Source: an uncultured Candidatus Bathyarchaeia archaeon (GTDB lineage Archaea > Thermoproteota > Bathyarchaeia > Bathyarchaeales > Bathyarchaeaceae). Taken from it: 64,000 bases of DNA. The translations under genes and the position numbers were made by a program. This document shows, piece by piece, positions 9,247 through 19,013 of this stretch; position 1 is the stretch's first letter; each line of letters starts with the position of its first letter. Location: assembly GCA_964399485.1 (NCBI GenBank), contig CAYNQS010000009.1, forward strand, positions 5,865 through 69,864, written 5' to 3'. A model generated the notes under the pieces. The model ran no database searches and was not told the origin of the DNA. It saw only the letters and a list, made by a program, of their open reading frames with translations.

Positions 9247-11286
9247 ATGATGATTGATTGGACAATTGCGCCGATCACGGCTATAGCCTCAGTATTAGTT
9301 GCAATTTACCTTTATTTCTACGTTAACAGGCAAAGTAGCGGAACCGCGAAGATGCAGGAAATTTCGAACGCCATACAAGAGGGCGCCAGAGCATTCCTGA
9401 AAGTGGAGTTCAAGTATCTTGCGGTGTTCGTTGTGGTAGTAGCCGCAGTCTTAGCGATATTTCTTAACCCGATTATGGCAGTAGCCTACATTTTTGGTTC
9501 AATATGCTCTGCCTTGGCGGGTTTCTTGGGGATGACTGTTGCATTGAAAGCAAACGTCAAATCGGCAAATGCTGCAAAACAGGGACTGAACAAAGCATTC
9601 CCGATAGCTTTCCGCGGAGGAGCTGTAATGGGATTATCCGTAGTTGGGTTAGCTCTTCTTGGGCTAAGTGTTGTATACGCGCTTACTAACGACCCGAACA
9701 TGGTTCTGGGCTTCAGTTTTGGAGCAAGCGCGATGGCATTGTTTGCAAAGATTGGGGGTGGAATCTACACAAAAACTGCTGATGTTGGCGCAGACCTTGT
9801 GGGCAAAGTGGAAATGGATATACCCGAAGATGATCCTCGAAACCCTGGGGTTATAGCGGATAATGTGGGCGATAATGTTGGTGATGTGGCGGGAATGGGT
9901 GCGGACCTTTTTGACTCCTATGTAGCCAGCATTGTGGCAGTGATGATATTGGGTGTGGCGCTATCTAAGCTAGCTCCTCCTGCCTCGGTATCGTATGGCG
10001 ATGTGCCATTAGTTTTTGCTGGACTGGGTATTGTAGTTTCAATTTTGGGGGTTGCAATAGTTCGAGTGGGCAAAAAGGGAAATCCCGGAAGTGCGCTCAA
10101 CCTGGGAACATATCTGACATGCATCATGTTTGCCGCCTTAACTTTCGCAGTAACATATTATATGAAAATTAACATTGGCGCCTGGGCTGCAGCGGTCATT
10201 GGATTGGTTGGCGGTGCTATTATCGGAATCACCACTGACTACTTTACGTCGATAGACAGAGCTCCGGCAATAAAAACAGCCGAGGCGTCACAAACTGGCG
10301 CTGCTGTTAACATAATTACAGGCTTTTCTTATGGATTGCTGAGTATGTTTCCGCCGCTTCTCGGAATAGCTTTTGCGTCTATAGGATCATACAGTGTAGC
10401 CGAATATTTCATTGAAGCTGAGGGGGCTGGAGTTTACGGAATTGGCATGGCGGCGGTTGGAATGTTATCTATTGTTGGAATGATTGTGGCTGGTGACGCT
10501 TTCGGACCAATCGCAGACAATGCAGGAGGAATTGCAGAGCAGGCAGGATTCGAAGAAGAAGTACTGGATATCACGGCTAAGCTTGATGCCGCTGGCAATA
10601 CAGCCAAAGCCATAACAAAAGGATTTGCTATTGGAGCAGCAGGATTAACAGTGATTGCGTTGCTTGCAGCGTTTCAAGCGATAGTGCAAGAGGAGCTGGG
10701 TGTAACAATCGTCTTCGATCTGATGGATCCGTTGGTTTTGACTGGTGCACTTATTGGCATTGCTGTACCCGCAGTGTTTTCGGCGATGGTGATGCTTAGT
10801 GTTGGCAAGAATGCGTTTAAAATGATTGAAGAAATCAGGCGGCAGTTCAGGGATATTCCTGGTCTGAAAGAGGGCAAAGAAGGCGTGAAACCGGATTATG
10901 CATTGTGTGTAGACATAGCTACGAAGGGTGCTTTGAAGGAGTTGATTCCTCCGAGTGTTCTTTCTATTGGCATCACGTTGGCGGTTGGGTTCATTGGTGG
11001 AATACAGGCTCTTGGCGGTTATCTGGCGGGCAGCATCTTTTCGGGGCTGATCTTTGCTCTGTTGATGTCTAACGCTGGCGGATTATGGGATAATGCGAAA
11101 AAGTACATAGAGGCTGGAGCGCTTGGCGGTAAAGGCTCAGACACTCACAAGGCTGCTGTTGTAGGCGACACTGTGGGGGACCCATTCAAGGACACGGCAG
11201 GACCTTCACTGAACACCTTGATAACGGTGATGTCTTTGGTGGCTTCAGTGTTTGCTCCAACAATAGTCCTGTATGCGCTACTGTAG
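9247..11286 (+). CDS. hppA: membrane-bound proton/sodium-translocating pyrophosphatase
   Basis: Highly characteristic motifs: [46 protein letters not shown]. First ATG is at 9247; the track start 9235 is GTG. Confidence 0.95.
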   Translation: MMIDWTIAPITAIASVLVAIYLYFYVNRQSSGTAKMQEISNAIQEGARAFLKVEFKYLAVFVVVVAAVLAIFLNPIMAVAYIFGSICSALAGFLGMTVALKANVKSANAAKQGLNKAFPIAFRGGAVMGLSVVGLALLGLSVVYALTNDPNMVLGFSFGASAMALFAKIGGGIYTKTADVGADLVGKVEMDIPEDDPRNPGVIADNVGDNVGDVAGMGADLFDSYVASIVAVMILGVALSKLAPPASVSYGDVPLVFAGLGIVVSILGVAIVRVGKKGNPGSALNLGTYLTCIMFAALTFAVTYYMKINIGAWAAAVIGLVGGAIIGITTDYFTSIDRAPAIKTAEASQTGAAVNIITGFSYGLLSMFPPLLGIAFASIGSYSVAEYFIEAEGAGVYGIGMAAVGMLSIVGMIVAGDAFGPIADNAGGIAEQAGFEEEVLDITAKLDAAGNTAKAITKGFAIGAAGLTVIALLAAFQAIVQEELGVTIVFDLMDPLVLTGALIGIAVPAVFSAMVMLSVGKNAFKMIEEIRRQFRDIPGLKEGKEGVKPDYALCVDIATKGALKELIPPSVLSIGITLAVGFIGGIQALGGYLAGSIFSGLIFALLMSNAGGLWDNAKKYIEAGALGGKGSDTHKAAVVGDTVGDPFKDTAGPSLNTLITVMSLVASVFAPTIVLYALL

Positions 11287-11295
11287 AAAACGCAG

Positions 11296-12093
11296 CTAAA
11301 CGGATGCTTTACCGAGGCAAGTCCACTCCTCGGTCACAAACCTTTCTTTTCTATATTTCTCAGCAAGCTTCTGTTCATATTCTGTGAGGTTTTCCTCAAC
11401 AAACTGCACACCAAGCGCTTTCTCGAAGCCCTTAACTAAGGCTTGGTAAGCTTCTTCTGTAGAAAATTCTGCGTCAAGCTCTTGCCTTGTGGAAGTCAGC
11501 TTTCTTTTCGAGACTTTCAGCACGTCGTTTAATGTTTTTGCCCAAGGAACCTTTAGGAAGGTGAACATTTTTGTGTGGTCTATGTCCAGTAGGAATGTTC
11601 CGTGCTGAAGCAGTACGCCTTTTTTGGATGATTGGGCGTTTCCGGAGATTTTTTTTCCGCTTATTGTGAGGTTGGGGCACCGTTTCGTGTCTGGTGGGTG
11701 ATAGTCGGCTTTGGCTCCCAAGATTTTTACTGCCTCGTTGAGTCCGCTGCAGATTTTCTGGTATGCACAGAGCATGTCCAAGTCCTTGCATCCCAAGTCT
11801 TTTGTTTTAGTTATTATGCTGTAGGTGATTTCCCCCTCAGAGTCGTGGTATACGGCTCCGCCGCCTGTGATTCTTCTTACCATGTCTACACCGTGTTTTC
11901 TGCAGTTTTCTACGTGAATTTCGTCTGCTAGCGTTTGGAAGCGTCCTATGGAGACGGCTGAGGGGTTCCACATGTAGAAGCGGAGGGTGTTGGGTACCCT
12001 GTTTTCGATTCTTGCTTTCATTATTGCCTCGTCGATTGCCATGTTTGTGTAGGCGTCTGATGTTTGGGGTCTGAGTAGTCTCCAGCGGTTCAT
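11296..12093 (-). CDS. lplA: lipoate-protein ligase A (catalytic domain)
   Basis: BPL/LPL catalytic-domain pattern: NMAIDEAI..., [32 protein letters not shown]. Confidence 0.85.
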   Translation of the reverse strand: MNRWRLLRPQTSDAYTNMAIDEAIMKARIENRVPNTLRFYMWNPSAVSIGRFQTLADEIHVENCRKHGVDMVRRITGGGAVYHDSEGEITYSIITKTKDLGCKDLDMLCAYQKICSGLNEAVKILGAKADYHPPDTKRCPNLTISGKKISGNAQSSKKGVLLQHGTFLLDIDHTKMFTFLKVPWAKTLNDVLKVSKRKLTSTRQELDAEFSTEEAYQALVKGFEKALGVQFVEENLTEYEQKLAEKYRKERFVTEEWTCLGKASV

Positions 12094-12181
12094 TTTAGCT
12101 TCAGGAGATAAAAAGTGGCGAGGAGATTATTAAAGTTGGAGTACGAGTGGAACTGTTATGATGGTTCTTCCTAGTTTTTCA

Positions 12182-12229
12182 GAAAAAATACTGTTTTCAA
12201 CAATGTACCTTTATTAGGCTCCTAATATG
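12182..12229 (+). repeat. 48-nt bipartite intergenic element, copy 1
   Basis: GAAAAAATACTGTTTTCAACAATGTACCTTTATTAGGCTCCTAATATG. It aligns without gaps to copies at 25514, 42161 and 53168. Confidence 0.85.
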
Positions 12230-12598
12230 CGAGCTGAAAAGGATGGTTTCTGGCGCTGTAACTAGGGTAGAAAAAGAGTTAACAAACTACAGTTTAGACA
12301 TAAAAAAGCGAATAAAATCTTCCACGGATTTACGGTAATAGTTAAATGCCCCTGTTTCTTTGTATTTGCTCTAACAAGAATAAGGTCTCCCCTCAGATGA
12401 CTGTGCTAGAACAAAATTCGACCCCTCACCCTGCCTCCCCCATCTTAGGCTTATTGTGTGGGCTCACTTCCTGCGCCTCCGCCTGTCTTCCCCGCATCAT
12501 AAGTTACATCGCAGATATCGGAGGAGTAAACCTTGTTGTCATTGAACTTGGCGTCTTATGCAACTCTTTATCGGTCATCACTTGATGGAGAAAAAAGG

Positions 12599-13609
12599 AT
12601 GCTGGAAACTATCGCAGAAATACTGCGGGCTACAATAGCGGTAGGGCTAGTGACAGCTGGAATATTGGCAATACTGGTCTGGGTGAGGAACCTCACCAGA
12701 AAACTGGGCATCCTAAGACTCTTCATTCAGATAATAGCTTCAATCGGGATTTTTGTGATCTTGCTTTTCTGGCCTCTTCCTTGGAACCCCATACTTTCTG
12801 GGCTCGTTTTTTCCATAGCCTTAAGGCTAACGATCGTCTTCGCCTTAATCGTTGTCAGCACTCTTGTTTTCGGGCGCTTCTTCTGCGGATGGCTCTGCCC
12901 CTTTGCCTTATATATGGACCTGCTCACCCGCTTCCGAAAGTCACTTAGAATACCGCACTGGAACCTGCCTGAAAAACTCAATGACGGTCTAGATATTCTT
13001 AGATATGTGATACTGGCCTCCTTTTTGGCACTTGCCCTTATTTTCGGTGTTCTAAACGCGGACGTATGGCGTTATGTGGTAATGTTTATGGGTCCTTTCA
13101 AATCTCTGATCATAGTTTTCCTGAGCCCAATAGAACCCCTGATCGAACAAACAGGAACAGCTTTAGGATTCGAAGTGTGGGGCGCCAGTTTCCATGACCT
13201 GAGGGGAACAATAAATTACTTTAATGGTCCCAACCTTATCCTGATCACTTGGCTCGTTTTCTTCGCCTTCACTGCAGGTTCATTCATGGTGAGAATGCTT
13301 TGGTGCCGATTCTGCCCTGTAGGCGCAACACTCTCCATCTTGAACAGATTTTCACCCTTCAAGTGGGCTCCCATCCTGCGCATAGACAAAATAGAAGAAA
13401 AGTGCACAAAATGTGGCATATGCAAAAGAGTTTGCCCCGTGCAGGTCACCAAAGTATACGAAGAAAAAGGAGGCAATGTAACGGCACCGAAATGTATACA
13501 TTGCTTCCGTTGCGTAGAGATGTGTCCATATGAGGGTTGCCTAAACATAAAAATGGCTGGAAAAACAATGTACAAATCCAAGAACTGGCTGAAAGAAGAG
13601 GAAGAGTGA
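12599..13609 (+). CDS. integral-membrane polyferredoxin, NapH/MauN-like
   Basis: FGRFFCGWLCPF motif between TM helices. C-terminal CTKCGICKRVCP and CIHCFRCVEMCP. The ATG at 12599 is preceded by GGAGAAAAAAGG; the track start 12533 is upstream. Confidence 0.7.
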   Translation: MLETIAEILRATIAVGLVTAGILAILVWVRNLTRKLGILRLFIQIIASIGIFVILLFWPLPWNPILSGLVFSIALRLTIVFALIVVSTLVFGRFFCGWLCPFALYMDLLTRFRKSLRIPHWNLPEKLNDGLDILRYVILASFLALALIFGVLNADVWRYVVMFMGPFKSLIIVFLSPIEPLIEQTGTALGFEVWGASFHDLRGTINYFNGPNLILITWLVFFAFTAGSFMVRMLWCRFCPVGATLSILNRFSPFKWAPILRIDKIEEKCTKCGICKRVCPVQVTKVYEEKGGNVTAPKCIHCFRCVEMCPYEGCLNIKMAGKTMYKSKNWLKEEEE

Positions 13610-13619
13610 GGAGAATCTA

Positions 13620-14954
13620 ATGGCAAGCGAAATCGAAACAGGATCAAAATATATCCCTGAAATGTCCCAGAGCGAAATCGAAGAACTAGGAAACTCGATC
13701 AAAACCGCATCCATTAAAGTGATAGAGCAAAACATCAAACGAATGAAAAAGACATGGCCGAACCGACCGGAAGCCATGGAATACTTTGATGAAATCTCAA
13801 ACTTTTTTGGGCGACGCGAAAAAGAGATTCGTGAACAAAAAGAGGCAGGAAAAAAACTCATCGGCTACACCTGCATGTTCGCGCCTATAGAATTCATTTT
13901 GGCTGCGGGCGCCATTCCAGTTCGCGTAGGCTCGGGATGGTATGATGCAGCGAAACTTGGGGACAGAATCATGCCAGTTGAGGTCTGCCCGGTCATAAGA
14001 TCCACAGTTGGCGCAAAGATGGTGAGCCTCTCACCGTATCTTGAACTCAGCGACGCCATAATAACGCCTCTCACATGCGACGGCAGAACCAAACTGAGCG
14101 AAATACTGTCAGACTTCAAGCCTGTATGGTGTATGACTCCTCCACGCGTCAAAGATGATCCCCAGTCCCTGAGCCTCTGGAAGGAGGAGATGCAGGTGAT
14201 AAGGGGAAAAATCGAGGAATTGACAGGGACAAAGATCACCAAAAACAGGTTGAGGTCAGCCATAGAGGTTATGCAGAAGGCAACGAAGGCTTTCCGTAGG
14301 CTACAGGACTTGAGGAAAGGTCCTCCGGTAATCACGGGAAGGGATGCGATGCTCGTGAATCAAACCAGCCTTTGGGACGACATAGAACGGTGGACACAGA
14401 AGACAAATGAGCTGTGTGATGAGCTGGAAAAAAGGGTTGAACAAAAAAACTGGGCTTTCCCTCCTGACACCTCAAGGGTGATGGTTACGGGAACTCCAAT
14501 GTTGTGGCCTGACAGCTGGAAGGTTCCCAACCTGATTGAAGAATCTAACCCTGCGGGAGTGGTGGTTGTTGATGAGCAATGTTCAGGTGACCGAATTCTC
14601 TACGACCCGGTGGGGGTAGACGAATGGACTATGAGCGACATGTTTGACGCCGTAAGCGAAAGATACCTTATGGCCTCCACATGCCCCTGCTTCACCTCAG
14701 AGCATGGAAACGAAGACCGCGTCAACTGGCTCATGGACAGAATCAACGAGTACAAGGTTGACGGAGTGATTTATTACGTAGTTCGAGGATGCATACTCTA
14801 CGCCATGGAATATGCACGAATCAAACGTATCCTAGACCGTATGGGCATCCCAGTGTATTACCTTGACACCGAATATACGCGGGAAGATGTTGGGCAGATG
14901 AAGACAAGAATCGAAGCCTTCATGGAGATGCTGGAAGCAAGAATTGACATATGA
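13620..14954 (+). CDS. HgdB/BcrC/BadD-family protein (2-hydroxyacyl-CoA dehydratase D-component family; possibly double-cubane-cluster-type)
   Basis: N-terminal KLIGYTCMFAPIEFILAAGAIPVRV is typical of the family. At least 9 Cys residues, including STCPCF and EQCSGD. 444 aa. Confidence 0.65.
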   Translation: MASEIETGSKYIPEMSQSEIEELGNSIKTASIKVIEQNIKRMKKTWPNRPEAMEYFDEISNFFGRREKEIREQKEAGKKLIGYTCMFAPIEFILAAGAIPVRVGSGWYDAAKLGDRIMPVEVCPVIRSTVGAKMVSLSPYLELSDAIITPLTCDGRTKLSEILSDFKPVWCMTPPRVKDDPQSLSLWKEEMQVIRGKIEELTGTKITKNRLRSAIEVMQKATKAFRRLQDLRKGPPVITGRDAMLVNQTSLWDDIERWTQKTNELCDELEKRVEQKNWAFPPDTSRVMVTGTPMLWPDSWKVPNLIEESNPAGVVVVDEQCSGDRILYDPVGVDEWTMSDMFDAVSERYLMASTCPCFTSEHGNEDRVNWLMDRINEYKVDGVIYYVVRGCILYAMEYARIKRILDRMGIPVYYLDTEYTREDVGQMKTRIEAFMEMLEARIDI

Positions 14955-14967
14955 GGAGAAAAAGAAA

Positions 14968-15753
14968 GTGACTATATCCGCCGGAGTAGACATGGGCACC
15001 CAACGGGTTAAAGTAGTCATCATGAAAGACAAGCAGGTTTTATCTCAAACCCAAAACTTCTTGGGATTCGAACCCACAAAAGCCGCTGAACAAGCCTTCG
15101 AAGAGGCAATGCAGAAAGCCAAACTGTCCCGCGAGGACATACAGCATGTTACAGCCACCGGCGCAGGCGCGAACATGGTTCCCTTCGCAGACAGCACTAT
15201 CAGCATGATGGGAGCTGACGCCCGGGCAGGAGCATACTTTTTCTCTTCAGCCAGAACGGTGATAGATGTTGGAGCTGAGGAGGCGCGGGCAGTGAACTGT
15301 AACGAAAATGGGGTAATGCTGGATTTCGTGGTGAATGCCCGATGCGCAGCTGGAGCCGGCACCTTCATCGAGGCAATGGCAAGGGCGCTGGAGGTGGAGT
15401 TGGAGGATATGGGTTCCCTGTCCCTGAAGGCGGAGAGGGCAAGTCCCATAAACGCCAGTTGTGTCATCTTCGCAGAGTCTGATGTGGTTTCCCTGATTCA
15501 CAGAGAAGAACCAAAAACTGAAATCGCCCGGGCCATCTTTGATGCCATGGCTGAGAGGGTCTCCTCTATGGTGTATCGGTTGGGAATAAACCCGGATATC
15601 GTGCTTTTGGGGGGCGTGGCTAACGATGTCGGTTTCGTTGCTTCGCTTAAGAGGAGACTGGGAACGGAAATACTAATACCTGAAGACCCACTGTTTGCTG
15701 GTGCTGTAGGCGCCGCCTTAATTGCTGCCAAAAGAGCTGGACGGAGGCAATAG
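14968..15753 (+). CDS. BcrAD_BadFG / HgdC-type ATPase (electron-activating component), subunit 1
   Basis: ISAGVDMGTQRVKVVIM phosphate-1 motif and CAAGAGTF cluster-ligand region. The GTG at 14968 follows GAGGAG; the track start 14944 is a TTG overlapping the upstream stop. Confidence 0.75.
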   Translation: MTISAGVDMGTQRVKVVIMKDKQVLSQTQNFLGFEPTKAAEQAFEEAMQKAKLSREDIQHVTATGAGANMVPFADSTISMMGADARAGAYFFSSARTVIDVGAEEARAVNCNENGVMLDFVVNARCAAGAGTFIEAMARALEVELEDMGSLSLKAERASPINASCVIFAESDVVSLIHREEPKTEIARAIFDAMAERVSSMVYRLGINPDIVLLGGVANDVGFVASLKRRLGTEILIPEDPLFAGAVGAALIAAKRAGRRQ

Positions 15754-15757
15754 GCAG

Positions 15758-16660
15758 ATGGGGAACAAAGAGGGAAAAACGGAATACTGGAGATGGCTTG
15801 AATACCACAGTGTTATGCCAGGCCGAGACTGGAAAAACGCTGAAATAGTAACTGCGGGAGTGGATGTTGGCTCGGTGGGTTCCAAGGCGGTTATCATGGC
15901 TGATGAAGAGGTATATTCGTGGAGTGTAATGCGAACCGGCTCTAACAGCTCTGACAGCGCCAAGAAAGCGCTTGGTTGGGCTATGGAAGATACTGGATTG
16001 ACGTTAAAGGACTTCAACTATATTGTGGGAACTGGTTACGGCAGAGTGAACGTTCCCATGGCTAACAGAGCCATCACAGAAATTGCATGCCACGCCAAAG
16101 GCGCCAACTACATCTGGGGACCGACAGTGAGAACAGTTCTGGATGTTGGGGGACAGGACGTTAAGGCAATCCGTTGCGACGAGACAGGCAAAGTAGTCTC
16201 TTTCCTGATGAACGACAAGTGCGCAGCAGGCACGGGACGAGGAATGGAAGTCATTGCTGATCTGCTGAAGATACCCATCGAAGATGTTGGCAAAGTATCC
16301 CTGAGCGTAACCGAGGAACCCAATCCAGTCAGCAGCACCTGCGTGGTCTTCGCGAAAACGGAGGCGGTTGGATTGTTGCGTAAAGGATGGCCCAAAGAAA
16401 AAGTCTTAGCTGCATACATGAGAGCCATGGCTATCAGAATGAGCGAACTTATAGAGAAGGTGGGTTGCGAAAGAGACTTTGTCATCACCGGCGGACAATC
16501 CAAGAACATCGGAATAGTACACAGAGTAGAGAACATCTTAGGAGTAAAACGCCTTCCAGTTCCAAACTTGGAGCAGACCGGACTTGACCCCATTGCCGCC
16601 GGCGCTATAGGAGCAGCCCTGTACGCCAGGGCATTATATGAAAAGTCTCGTAAACGTTGA
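15758..16660 (+). CDS. BcrAD_BadFG / HgdC-type ATPase, subunit 2 (distinct paralog)
   Basis: VTAGVDVGSVGSKAVIM and CAAGTGRG motifs. ATG at 15758 lies 4 nt after the upstream stop. It has a roughly 35-aa N-terminal extension relative to subunit 1. Confidence 0.75.
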   Translation: MGNKEGKTEYWRWLEYHSVMPGRDWKNAEIVTAGVDVGSVGSKAVIMADEEVYSWSVMRTGSNSSDSAKKALGWAMEDTGLTLKDFNYIVGTGYGRVNVPMANRAITEIACHAKGANYIWGPTVRTVLDVGGQDVKAIRCDETGKVVSFLMNDKCAAGTGRGMEVIADLLKIPIEDVGKVSLSVTEEPNPVSSTCVVFAKTEAVGLLRKGWPKEKVLAAYMRAMAIRMSELIEKVGCERDFVITGGQSKNIGIVHRVENILGVKRLPVPNLEQTGLDPIAAGAIGAALYARALYEKSRKR

Positions 16661-16968
16661 GGGTGATACAGATTATAACCTATTATGGTTATCGGGACGG
16701 TTCAGGCGAATATTACATAGTAGTTGATGCGGAGAGATGCAATAGCTGTGGCGAATGCACAAGAGCCTGTCCTCAGGATGCGTTGAAGATGGAGAGCATG
16801 TTTATTGATCTTGAGGACAAACTTGTAGCCGCGGTCGCAGAGGAGCATCGCAAAAAATTAAGGTACACATGTTCACCCTGCAAACCCGAAAGCGGAGATG
16901 TGCCCTGCGTTCAAGCTTGTGACCAAGAGGCTATAACATGTATCTGGAATCCCATGAACCGGAAATGA
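16657..16968 (+). CDS. small ferredoxin-like protein
   Basis: CNSCGECTRACP plus a degenerate second Cys set (CSPCKP...PCVQAC). The TTG start overlaps the upstream stop by 4 nt. Confidence 0.6.
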   Translation: MRVIQIITYYGYRDGSGEYYIVVDAERCNSCGECTRACPQDALKMESMFIDLEDKLVAAVAEEHRKKLRYTCSPCKPESGDVPCVQACDQEAITCIWNPMNRK

Positions 16969-17103
16969 ACGGAAACAGGCACGCTTAGTGTGGTTCAGTG
17001 CCTTTAATTAGAATGGACGTAACTTTGTTGCTGTTTTCTTTTTCTTGAGATAATCTTTTTATTTAGATTGTCTTATGGATGAAATTATTGGAGACCGCTT
17101 GCG

Positions 17104-18150
17104 ATGGATGTGGGAATTGTTGGTTGTGGGGGCATTTCTGGGATACATGTCAATGCGTGGAGAGATGTGGGAATATCTGTCGCCGCTGCTTGTGACTTGA
17201 ATGAAAAAGCAGCCACGCAATTCGCTGAAGACTGGAGAATCCCCGCTCATTATACTAGCTTCTCTGAGATGCTCAAAAAGGAAGAGCTGTTCGCCGTTTC
17301 AGTGTGTGTTCCGCCCGCGTTTCATGCAGACGTAGCTGTGGAGGCTCTGAAGTCAGGCTGTAACGTAGTTGTTGAAAAACCATTCACTGTAAACACTGGT
17401 GAGGCTGAGAGACTGCTTGGTGCTCTTAAAAAGTCATCTGGGAAACTGACGATAATCCATAGCCAACTGTATGAGCATTCAATTTTTCATGCGATGCAGA
17501 GGGTTAAGGCAGGGGACATAGGCGAGGTCATAGGAATGGATGTTGGAGTTTTACACAGCAACGATGAGGCGATGGCAGCGGACAAGAATCATTGGTGCCA
17601 TAAACTGGCAGGCGGCAGATTTGGAGAAAATTTGCCCCATCCTATATATCTTCTTCAGGCTTTTCTGGGAAAATTGGAAATCAAATCTGTGCTGACTGAC
17701 AAGTTGGGTCCTCACCCGTGGATGAAATTTGATGAATTGAGGGTGATTTTGGAGGCGGAAAAAAGCAAGTTTGGAACTATACACATCAGCTTCAATGCAT
17801 CAGGGCACGACCGAACGGATGTTAATGTAAACATTTACGGCACTGGGGGTACAATCCATGCTGGAATCTATCCGGTGAGTAGCCTGGTTGTTTCCAAACC
17901 TGGGCGGGGGATAATGCATTTCGATAATATGATTCATCAAGCTAGGATTTGGGGCGCGTATTTGGGGAACATCCTGACCAAGGGTAAAGGACCCAGAAAT
18001 TATAGTGTTTCCCATGTGCGGATTATCCGGTCGTTTGTGGAAAGCCTCAACGGCAACGGAAAGCCTCTTGTCACCCCTGAAATGGGATACGAAAATGTTC
18101 AGGTTGTTGAGCAAATCTGCAAACAGATAGACGCTGCAGCTCCAAAATAA
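17104..18150 (+). CDS. Gfo/Idh/MocA-family NAD(P)-dependent oxidoreductase
   Basis: N-terminal Rossmann motif VGIVGCGGISGIH and the EKP motif (VVVEKPF). Confidence 0.75.
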   Translation: MDVGIVGCGGISGIHVNAWRDVGISVAAACDLNEKAATQFAEDWRIPAHYTSFSEMLKKEELFAVSVCVPPAFHADVAVEALKSGCNVVVEKPFTVNTGEAERLLGALKKSSGKLTIIHSQLYEHSIFHAMQRVKAGDIGEVIGMDVGVLHSNDEAMAADKNHWCHKLAGGRFGENLPHPIYLLQAFLGKLEIKSVLTDKLGPHPWMKFDELRVILEAEKSKFGTIHISFNASGHDRTDVNVNIYGTGGTIHAGIYPVSSLVVSKPGRGIMHFDNMIHQARIWGAYLGNILTKGKGPRNYSVSHVRIIRSFVESLNGNGKPLVTPEMGYENVQVVEQICKQIDAAAPK

Positions 18151-18165
18151 CGTCAGCGCAATAAA

Positions 18166-18792
18166 TTAGGGTTGTTCGCTTGGTTTTCGTAGTGCATGTT
18201 TAACGGTTTTTTCTGTTTCCACGTGTACTAAGCGATGCTTTTTTCCGCAGATGGGACACGACCAAACCTGCCCTGTGTCCACTTCTTTTTTTGTTATCTT
18301 TTTCTTCAGCAACTTCTCTTCTTTCTCTTTCAGTTTCTCTTCTGGATTGGATTGTGAAAGCCCCCAGGCTCGTTCAAGCACAAAAAGGGTTATGATTTCT
18401 TTTTTGTTTTCTTGTTTGGTCAGGGTAACTAGGTGTTTTCCGGGTGCCTTTTTTCCTGTTGCCTCTTCGTAGGGTTTAATTTCATAGTTTTCCCTGATGA
18501 TGGCTGGGACCTCGTCGATGCTGGAGACGATCTTTCGGCTAACTTTATCGTTTTCATCCGCTTGTGTTAAGGAAACGACATCGTAGAGCATGCCCTCAAT
18601 TTTGCTTTTTTGAAAAACCATAGTGTTTCCCTCTAACTGGGCGAAGCGGATGCCTGCCGGGCATTTCACGGCCTTAACCAAAATTTTTTCCTGTTCCTTG
18701 TCTGTGCACAGTTTGAAAAGCCAATTGCCCGTAAGGAAGTCTTTAGTTCTGTAAAAGTTTACTTCGCCGTTTCTTAACTGGCGCAAACTCAT
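18166..18792 (-). CDS. hypothetical protein with Lys/Glu-rich linker and C-terminal CPICGKKH zinc-ribbon-like half-motif
   Basis: Long ORF with coding-like composition. I do not recognise a family. Confidence 0.4.
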   Translation of the reverse strand: MSLRQLRNGEVNFYRTKDFLTGNWLFKLCTDKEQEKILVKAVKCPAGIRFAQLEGNTMVFQKSKIEGMLYDVVSLTQADENDKVSRKIVSSIDEVPAIIRENYEIKPYEEATGKKAPGKHLVTLTKQENKKEIITLFVLERAWGLSQSNPEEKLKEKEEKLLKKKITKKEVDTGQVWSCPICGKKHRLVHVETEKTVKHALRKPSEQP

Positions 18793-18964
18793 GTCGTACC
18801 ATGCATCTTGGGGTCGTGTTTCAACTCGTCTAACCTTGATATGTTTTAGAAACTGCAGGCGTGTACACTCTCCACATTAGAGTTTTTTTGTGTATGGTTT
18901 AAGATTTTCGGGGCTAACGCGAGCACAATGGGGAGAGCTTACGCTGACTGTTCACTAAATTAGA

Positions 18965-19006
18965 TAAAATAAAAAAGAAAAGGGGGGTTTAACCCGTTTT
19001 TGGGTT
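18965..19006 (-). terminator. hairpin plus T-run downstream of the surface-protein gene
   Basis: The minus strand reads AACCC-AAAAAC-GGGTT followed by CCCCCCTTTTCTTTTTTATTTT, directly after the stop at 19014. Confidence 0.35.
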
Positions 19007-19013
19007 GTTGAGT

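Noticed and set aside
12227-12265. The ATG ending each 48-nt element as the start of a conserved micro-ORF
   Set aside because: The frames after the four ATGs are unrelated and of very different length: 11 aa, 15 aa, 26 aa, and an immediate stop in copy 4. The ATG is conserved as DNA/RNA, not as a start codon.
12346-12393. Track start of the CcdA-like short ORF at 12346
   Set aside because: It is an alternative start codon with a Cys/Asn/Lys-rich leader. If the ORF is real at all, the ATG at 12394 is the only reasonable start.
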